Shown here in pieces: positions 1 to 4,449 of a stretch of 5,661 nucleotides of DNA. The DNA lies in contig LVZN01000031.1 of NCBI GenBank assembly GCA_001695645.1, positions 1-5,661 of the forward strand, given 5' to 3'. This DNA is from Erysipelotrichaceae bacterium MTC7 (lineage in GTDB: Bacteria > Bacillota_I > Bacilli_A > Erysipelotrichales > Erysipelotrichaceae). The translations under genes were made by a program, and so were the position numbers. Every line of letters starts with the position of its first letter. Within the stretch, counting starts at the first letter, position 1. Under the pieces are notes generated by a model. The model was not told the origin of the DNA and ran no database searches. It was given only the letters and a program-made list of their open reading frames with translations.

Positions 1-22
1 CTCATCTTTTTTGATTGTGTAG

Positions 23-72
23 CCACACGATATTTTATAGTTCAATATTTTCGAACCACACGTTATTTTATA
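23..72. repeat. Two direct copies of CCACACG(A/T)TATTTTATA (23-39 and 56-72), 33 bp apart
   Basis: The two 17-mers were read directly and match at 16 of 17 positions. The start-to-start spacing of 33 bp is about three helical turns. On the minus strand each copy reads TATAAAATA(A/T)CGTGTGG, which has a -10-like TATAAAAT core. The repeat lies downstream of the 81-aa gene in non-coding DNA at the window edge. Confidence 0.5.
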
Positions 73-134
73 TTACCTTTTTTAACATGGTTAGCACAAT
101 TTTACTCTGTATCTGCCCTCAATCTAATTAGTTG

Positions 135-380
135 TCAAACTCGTATCCAATCACCAATCCACTCACCATTAGTTTTGTTCATTTTTCTCTTATATTTAAC
201 TCCATTTACTGTTTTATAAACCCAAATATAAACAACAGATTTACCCTCCCCATTCGAGTTTGATGTAGTTGACCTACTCAAGGAAAATTGTGATATATCC
301 TCTTCTGATGCATTAATACTTGATGTAAAAAAACACAAACAAAGAATAAGAGACAATAATAGTTTTATTTTATTTTTCAT
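135..380 (-). CDS. Small secreted protein of unknown family (81 aa; predicted mature form 57 aa)
   Basis: The ATG at 378-380 is preceded by AGGAGG (385-390). That RBS starts 2 nt after the stop of the upstream M56 gene (393-395), which implies co-transcription. The N-terminus is a Sec-type signal peptide: MKNKIK / LLLSLILCLCFF / TSSINA|SEE. There is no lipobox. The mature C-terminal 35 aa is basic and aromatic (8 K/R vs 2 D/E) and ends in GEWIGDWIRV. I did not recognise a family. Confidence 0.7.
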   Translation of the reverse strand: MKNKIKLLLSLILCLCFFTSSINASEEDISQFSLSRSTTSNSNGEGKSVVYIWVYKTVNGVKYKRKMNKTNGEWIGDWIRV

Positions 381-392
381 TTTTCCTCCTGA

Positions 393-1514
393 TTATTCAC
401 TTTTGACTTCAAGGTGTTCATATTCAACTGTGATTTCTTCTATAGTTTCTAAGTACTCATTTTTATAATAAACATCAAAGCCTTTATCGGTTTCAATAAT
501 ATATGAGTTATCTTCTGTCAAAATAAAATATTCGTTTCCTTCAGGTATAGGGTAATCTGGTTGAAATGTAACTAAAGACACCATGACAATAAGGATTAAA
601 AGTAACGTGTATGATAAATTATTTAATTTAGTGCGTTTCGAATTTTCGTCAAATGATAGAATTGACCGACATCTAGTTGTAAACTCGGAGTTGCTTTCGT
701 TACCTGCAAATTCTGAAATCAGTGGGGTTTTATTCCAAATTATATTACTATTTATTCCATAAGTTTCAGCTTTTCTATACATTTTAAACAAGAATTCTGT
801 ATAAGTTACTGAATTGTTTTCTTTCATTTTCAGAACATGCAAATCAACATCTTTCTCTAACAATTCATACGTTTGCCTTCTAATTACAAACAGTAATGGA
901 TTCCACCAATACAAAGCATATATAAATTCGATAAGTAGTTTTATTAACATGTGAAAGTGCAAAAAATGTGTTAGTTCGTGTTGTAGTATCATAGATAACT
1001 CTGCTTCAGTGTAATCATCTTTTGGAATAATGATTGTACCTTTTACAAGTCCAATAACCATCGGAGCTGGAACAAAGTTTACATAAATTACCCTTATTTT
1101 TCTTCTTTTTGGCATAAAATCAACTAGAGATGGCATTATACTCTGTGGTATTTCACTGCTAGGAAATATTGAGAATACCCTATTTGTAACATATGTTTTT
1201 CTAATTAGCTTTATTAGCTTATATGCACTTATCGTAAACCAGAAAAAGATCATTAAATCTAGTATCATATAATCCATAAGAATCTTTGTTCTCAACATTT
1301 TACTTAACAAAACTAAAACATTGGTTGATAAGAAATGCCCGATTATTGGCAATTCTATCGGAATAGCAAGTCTCAACGAAATCACAACAAAAATTATCAG
1401 TAATGGTTTTATATCTATTTGCTGATTTGCATATCTATCTTTCAACTGTTTAAGAAAATATATACTTAAACTTGAAAAAAAGATAACACTTATTGTACCC
1501 CATGTTGTAAACAT
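393..1514 (-). CDS. BlaR1/MecR1-type M56 family membrane metalloprotease (signal transducer/anti-repressor) with a short non-PBP C-terminal ectodomain
   Basis: The zinc motif HELTH (residues 179-183) is encoded at 966-980. Its context is typical of Peptidase_M56: APMVIGLVKGTIIIP...ILQHELTHFLHFH...WWNPLLF...EKDVD. Hydrophobic segments sit at the N-terminus (about residues 5-20, 36-58 and 82-97). A further TM helix spans residues 299-317 (564-620). It is followed by a 56-aa tail (396-563). The start lies 4 nt downstream of the blaI-like stop. Confidence 0.9.
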   Translation of the reverse strand: MFTTWGTISVIFFSSLSIYFLKQLKDRYANQQIDIKPLLIIFVVISLRLAIPIELPIIGHFLSTNVLVLLSKMLRTKILMDYMILDLMIFFWFTISAYKLIKLIRKTYVTNRVFSIFPSSEIPQSIMPSLVDFMPKRRKIRVIYVNFVPAPMVIGLVKGTIIIPKDDYTEAELSMILQHELTHFLHFHMLIKLLIEFIYALYWWNPLLFVIRRQTYELLEKDVDLHVLKMKENNSVTYTEFLFKMYRKAETYGINSNIIWNKTPLISEFAGNESNSEFTTRCRSILSFDENSKRTKLNNLSYTLLLILIVMVSLVTFQPDYPIPEGNEYFILTEDNSYIIETDKGFDVYYKNEYLETIEEITVEYEHLEVKSE

Positions 1515-1518
1515 ATCA

Positions 1519-1920
1519 TTACCTAGTTTTTTCTTCTCTTCTTTCCTGAATCATCTTCTCAATCTCGTTGAGCATTTCTTCCTCTGATTGGTTTGATTCA
1601 GATTTCACCAGTGCAAGTGTCATTTCGTATATTGGATTATCTTTTTTACTCTTAGGAAATAAACTTTTGAATTGATCAACAGCATACTCATCCGCAGAAA
1701 CTAATGGAGAATACTTTCTTGCGTTGGTTTTATTTACAATTGTGATAGACGATATTTCTATATATTCCTTATTAAGCAATGTCTTTAAAGTATTTTGAAC
1801 AGTAAATATACTTATTTTTTCATCATCTATCCTTGATAATATTTCTGTTGCAGTTAAGCTATCATCTTCACTCCATAATACTTTCATAATATCTAATTCT
1901 CTTCCTGTTAATCTTTTCAT
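1519..1920 (-). CDS. BlaI/MecI/CopY-family winged-helix transcriptional repressor (Penicillinase_R-like)
   Basis: The translation MKRLTGRELDIMKVLWSEDDSLTATEILSRI...FTVQNTLKTLLNKEYIE...RKYSPLVSADEYAVDQFKSLF matches the BlaI/CopY pattern of an N-terminal wHTH followed by a YsPlvs..eY core. I prefer the ATG at 1918-1920 because AGGAG (1932-1936) lies 11 nt upstream. The ORF-track start at 1941 has no Shine-Dalgarno sequence and adds only 7 residues (MLGVEYI). Confidence 0.88.
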   Translation of the reverse strand: MKRLTGRELDIMKVLWSEDDSLTATEILSRIDDEKISIFTVQNTLKTLLNKEYIEISSITIVNKTNARKYSPLVSADEYAVDQFKSLFPKSKKDNPIYEMTLALVKSESNQSEEEMLNEIEKMIQERREEKTR

Positions 1921-1998
1921 AATATACTCTACTCCTAACATTCAAAATCGTATTCAATCATAAAAAACTCTTGAACTATAACTTACCTTTACAATTAT

Positions 1999-2027
1999 AT
2001 ACTACATAGATTGCTTTAATGTGTCAA
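1999..2027 (-). promoter_or_regulatory. Candidate sigma-A promoter for the blaI-like operon
   Basis: On the minus strand a perfect -35 TTGACA (complement of 2022-2027) is followed by a 17-nt spacer and a -10 TAGTAT (complement of 1999-2004). This is about 55-75 nt upstream of the repressor start codons. Confidence 0.5.
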
Positions 2028-2029
2028 CA
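2022..2029. promoter_or_regulatory. TGTCAACA box 1 (candidate operator), overlapping the -35 of the minus-strand promoter
   Basis: The 8-mer TGTCAACA has an internal TGT-N2-ACA dyad and recurs at 2107-2114. The flanks are partly conserved: TTaAtgTGTCAACAaTA versus TTcAatTGTCAACAgTA. A degenerate third copy, ATCAACAAT, lies at 2042-2050. Confidence 0.35.
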
Positions 2030-2072
2030 ATAAACATAAAAATCAACAATTAATAAAATTTGTTAATTAGTA

Positions 2073-2101
2073 TTGTAAGACGTTAATACTTGTGTTATTA
2101 T
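2073..2101 (+). promoter_or_regulatory. Candidate sigma-A promoter (extended -10) for the divergent micro-ORF and secreted-protein operon
   Basis: The -35 is TTGTAA (2073-2078), followed by a 17-nt spacer that ends in TGT (2093-2095). The -10 is TATTAT (2096-2101), which gives an extended -10 of TGnTATTAT. The predicted transcription start near 2108-2110 falls inside TGTCAACA box 2. Confidence 0.5.
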
Positions 2102-2106
2102 TCAAT

Positions 2107-2114
2107 TGTCAACA
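2107..2114. promoter_or_regulatory. TGTCAACA box 2 (candidate operator) at the predicted +1 of the plus-strand promoter
   Basis: This is the second exact copy of TGTCAACA. It is immediately followed by the 8-bp palindrome GTAGCTAC (2115-2122). Confidence 0.35.
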
Positions 2115-2202
2115 GTAGCTACACAATAGTTGATGAATGAAATATTTAATATTTTTATGATTTACTTTAGTACAATAAGGAAAAGGAGAAGAAATAGGGG
2201 AA

Positions 2203-2337
2203 ATGAAAAAGAATGAATATTCAGACTTAAGGAAAAAGGGCGAAGAATATGGTAAAGATATTCGCTCATGGTATATTGGTTTTCTCGTGATATCTTTGAT
2301 TTTAGCAATTATCGTTATTGTATACTTGTTTATGTAG
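2203..2337 (+). CDS. Unannotated 44-aa tail-anchored membrane micro-protein (hypothetical)
   Basis: I translated this by hand: MKKNEYSDLRKKGEEYGKDIRSWYIGFLVISLILAIIVIVYLFM*. It has a charged N-terminal half followed by one clean TM helix of about 20 aa. A purine-rich stretch AAAAGGAGAAGAAATAGGGG (2181-2200) lies upstream. The stop is 20 nt before the next gene and downstream of the candidate promoter. It is below the size cutoff of the supplied ORF track. The Shine-Dalgarno spacing is suboptimal. Confidence 0.45.
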   Translation: MKKNEYSDLRKKGEEYGKDIRSWYIGFLVISLILAIIVIVYLFM

Positions 2338-2357
2338 ATTAAGGAAAAGCAGAAAAA

Positions 2358-2849
2358 ATGAAAATTTATAAAAAAATGCTTGTGGTACTGGTTGCTACAG
2401 TCATTGCTATGGTTGGTTTTACGAAATCAATAGATGCAGCTTCCATAGCTAGAACTGGAAAACTTGGTGGTACATTTAATACTACTTATCATTATGCGTA
2501 CAACTACAGTGCAATGATTTACTATGATGCAGGAACAGGTAGAGTTACATCCGCTGACACAATAAAAACAAGTAACAAAACTTGTGCTAGTCTCATTGGA
2601 CTAGAATATGGATGTTCGATCAACACTTCTCAAGCTTCTAAAACAATCAACTATGCTAGCGTTAAATATGTTGTTAAGGTTGATGTATATGCAAACACAG
2701 GTTGGGGCGGTGGAGTCTATGTTGGTTCACAAAATAACACAGTTACACTAAGCTCACCTGGACCAACTAGAGGTGCGGAACCGTTAGAAACGATTGAAAT
2801 TGGAGAAATGTACACTGATTTAAGATTGGTTGAAAACTTTGTAGAATAA
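2358..2849 (+). CDS. Orphan secreted protein (163 aa; predicted mature form 136 aa)
   Basis: The signal peptide is MKIYKK / MLVVLVATVIAMVGF / TKSIDA|AS. The mature part is rich in Thr, Ser, Asn, Tyr and Gly, which suggests a beta-rich fold. It has a single Cys pair (C-x9-C, CASLIGLEYGC), a GWGGGVYVG glycine patch, and an acidic tail EPLETIEIGEMYTDLRLVENFVE. A strong terminator follows. I did not recognise a family. Confidence 0.8.
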   Translation: MKIYKKMLVVLVATVIAMVGFTKSIDAASIARTGKLGGTFNTTYHYAYNYSAMIYYDAGTGRVTSADTIKTSNKTCASLIGLEYGCSINTSQASKTINYASVKYVVKVDVYANTGWGGGVYVGSQNNTVTLSSPGPTRGAEPLETIEIGEMYTDLRLVENFVE

Positions 2850-2885
2850 TCTACAAAGAACTAAAAGAATTATAGTCTAACACCT

Positions 2886-2923
2886 AAAAAGTGGTTACAC
2901 ATTATAATGTGTAACCACTTTTT
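2886..2923. terminator. Bidirectional rho-independent terminator
   Basis: A perfect 12-bp stem pairs GTGGTTACACAT (2891-2902) with ATGTGTAACCAC (2907-2918) around a TATA loop. The stem is flanked by AAAAA (2886-2890) and TTTTT (2919-2923). It can therefore terminate both the plus-strand operon ending at 2849 and the convergent minus-strand operon ending at 3042. Confidence 0.85.
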
Positions 2924-3041
2924 CTAGTTTCCGCAAGAAAATGAAAAACTATCTGTCCTTAAGTCTAGTTTCAACGCAATTGCACTCTTATCAAACGCTT
3001 CAATGTAAGCATATAATTATTAATAGTAGTTTATTGATTTA

Positions 3042-3278
3042 TCATTGATCTTCATTTGTCAGATTTTCCCCAGTATGAGGCTTACCTGCCCCCAATACTT
3101 TCAATGCTTCTTTTTGCAACATTCCCATCTTATTTGATATTTTTTGTAAAGGGACTAGCTTTTCATCAATTTCGCTTAATTCTTTGTCCCATTTTACATT
3201 CGCTTCAGCTCTTTTTGCTTCAATAACACTTCTTTTTTTTATTAGTTTATCAATGTCTTTTTTGATTGTATTCATCAT
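3042..3278 (-). CDS. Small coiled-coil protein, hypothetical (78 aa)
   Basis: AAGGAGG (3283-3289) lies directly upstream of tandem ATGATG, so the second ATG at 3273-3275 may be the real start. The sequence is charged with heptad-like spacing (KKDIDKLIKKRSVIEAKRAEANVKWDKELSEIDEKL). It is the last gene of the minus-strand operon. Confidence 0.7.
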   Translation of the reverse strand: MMNTIKKDIDKLIKKRSVIEAKRAEANVKWDKELSEIDEKLVPLQKISNKMGMLQKEALKVLGAGKPHTGENLTNEDQ

Positions 3279-3285
3279 TTCCTCC

Positions 3286-4446
3286 TTATTTATAAATCAA
3301 AATAATAGAGGTGGAAGAACTTCCACCTTTGATATTTACCTTGTTAGGGGTTCTGTTTTTTTTGCACTTGCATTTTTTATTTTGTGTGACTTTTGCTTTA
3401 TCAATTGTGTTACGAATAGAATCAATAGAACTACTTTCTGTTTTTTTTACAAGGAATTCATTCCAGTCCTTACTACCATCAAGAGGATATAATTCCTTTG
3501 CATTAACTCCTTTACTAGATAATATTTCAATTGCAATACCAGCAAACTTTTTTCCAGCGTTAATTTTATTTCCCCAGTCATTATCGTAGCACACCGTAAT
3601 ACTTTCATATCCAATACGTTCTTGCACCTTCAATATCGTTTCATACCGTGTACAGCTCCCAGTTGCAAGGTAAGCGTAATCGTTCAAATCTATTCCTTTT
3701 TCTTTTTGAAGAGTCATGTAAGACAGCATATCAACTGCTCCTTCAAAACAAAGTAATTCTTTTTTTGAAGAATATGGTTTTTCATTATATGCATTTTGTC
3801 TTGGATCTACTGACATATCTACTAGCCAACCATAATTGTAATCAGACCCTTGGATTTCTAATTTAAAATTGTTTGCATCCGTACAAGAACGTATATTTAC
3901 GCAAGCAACTAAGCCTAGTTCATCTCTTCCCACAAAAGCAACAGATTTTCTACCAAACCTGTCTTGTGCCTGCTTAATAAAGTCTTGTTTGACCAATGTA
4001 ATAACGATAGTTGGATCTATTTTTCTTTTCTGAATTAAGTATGCCATTACGTTTTTACTAGATTCATCAAACGTAACATTACCAAGCAATGTTTGTGTTC
4101 GCTTTTTTTTGTAGGCTAAAGAATTAGTATCTTCTAACGTTTTCCTTGGTTTTTTTTCTATTACATCAACATCTACATTTATCCTTGGCAAACAATACTC
4201 ATAAGCTTCTTTAAAGTTCATATCAATCTCAGGGATCTCTTCCATAAATTTTAGTACGTCTCCGCCTTTATGTGTAGCCCATCTTACAAACGAGTTAGTA
4301 TCTTTATATATAGTTACTGAATCATGTTCTTCTAGTTTAGCTAGTCTTTTTGATTTATGGACAACTCTCAATCCAAATTCCTCCGCAATATCCACAATTT
4401 GTATTTGATCCTTTATTTTGTTTTTTAATTCTCTATCTATTTTCAT
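3286..4446 (-). CDS. DUF3991/Toprim domain protein (conjugative-element primase-like)
   Basis: The Toprim motifs are the Glu in LLCFEGAVDMLSY (E235, 3742-3744) and the DxD in TVCYDNDWGN (residues 288-290, 3577-3585). The central region resembles DUF3991: AYLIQKRKIDP...VAFVGRDELG...FKLEIQGSDYNYGW. The N-terminus resembles a CHC2 primase zinc-finger fold but lacks the Cys ligands. The start lies 3 nt after the stop of the upstream gene. Confidence 0.85.
   Translation of the reverse strand: MKIDRELKNKIKDQIQIVDIAEEFGLRVVHKSKRLAKLEEHDSVTIYKDTNSFVRWATHKGGDVLKFMEEIPEIDMNFKEAYEYCLPRINVDVDVIEKKPRKTLEDTNSLAYKKKRTQTLLGNVTFDESSKNVMAYLIQKRKIDPTIVITLVKQDFIKQAQDRFGRKSVAFVGRDELGLVACVNIRSCTDANNFKLEIQGSDYNYGWLVDMSVDPRQNAYNEKPYSSKKELLCFEGAVDMLSYMTLQKEKGIDLNDYAYLATGSCTRYETILKVQERIGYESITVCYDNDWGNKINAGKKFAGIAIEILSSKGVNAKELYPLDGSKDWNEFLVKKTESSSIDSIRNTIDKAKVTQNKKCKCKKNRTPNKVNIKGGSSSTSIILIYK
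3296..3328 (-). terminator. Terminator-like hairpin inside the last codons of the Toprim gene
   Basis: A perfect inverted repeat pairs AGGTGGAAG (3309-3317) with CTTCCACCT (3320-3328). On the minus strand it is followed by CTATTATTTTGATTTAT. It encodes the odd C-terminal GGSSSTS tail and sits just upstream of the RBS of the 78-aa gene. Confidence 0.4.
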
Positions 4447-4449
4447 TTG

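Noticed and set aside
393-1941. Interpretation as a beta-lactam resistance regulon (blaI-blaR1 or mecI-mecR1)
   Set aside because: The M56 protein has only 56 residues after its last TM helix, with no SxxK motif and no PBP domain. No beta-lactamase or PBP2a-like gene is adjacent. The family assignment holds, but the beta-lactam function does not.
1988-2008. TACA motifs (1990-1993 and 2003-2006) as a classical BlaI/CopY TACA-N-TGTA operator
   Set aside because: The two TACA elements are in direct orientation, not inverted, so no dyad is formed. They overlap the proposed -10 region and may simply reflect AT-rich promoter sequence.
2358-2849. Possible lactococcin-972-family bacteriocin (GGTFNTTYHYAYNYS loosely recalls the GGxWxYG...SNYxH N-terminus)
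   Set aside because: The resemblance is confined to a few residues. The mature protein (136 aa) is about twice the usual family size. No cognate ABC-type immunity transporter genes are present. The resemblance is too weak to call without an HMM search.
2923-2972. 9-bp direct repeat TCTAGTTTC (2923-2931 and 2964-2972) as possible att-site or insertion scar
   Set aside because: A 9-mer recurrence in AT-rich DNA is within chance expectation. There are no flanking inverted repeats and no recombinase gene nearby.
2941-3048. 35-aa plus-strand ORF (MKNYLSLSLVSTQLHSYQTLQCKHIIINSSLLIYH) in the spacer after the terminator
   Set aside because: It lies downstream of a strong terminator, has no Shine-Dalgarno sequence, shows no signal-peptide or TM pattern, and runs into the convergent gene's 3' end. 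It is most likely a chance ORF.
3184-3492. 102-aa plus-strand ORF from the track
   Set aside because: It is entirely antisense to the well-supported 78-aa and Toprim genes. Its translation is low-complexity and rich in F, L and I, as expected from the reverse complement of Lys/Glu-rich AT-rich coding sequence. It has no RBS.
3311-3589. 92-aa plus-strand ORF from the track
   Set aside because: It is antisense to the Toprim gene, which carries recognisable Toprim motifs on the minus strand. Its composition is hydrophobic and low-complexity, and it has no RBS.
3648-3866. 72-aa plus-strand ORF from the track
   Set aside because: It is antisense to the Toprim/DUF3991 gene, with no RBS and no recognisable features. 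It is probably a shadow ORF.
3233-4157. Several 8-nt homopolymer T (A on the coding strand) tracts (3233-3240, 3356-3363, 3441-3448, 4103-4110, 4150-4157) as phase-variation switches
   Set aside because: All correspond to in-frame Lys-rich (AAA AAA) coding stretches typical of AT-rich genomes. The ORFs are intact, and nothing in a single sequence indicates length variation.
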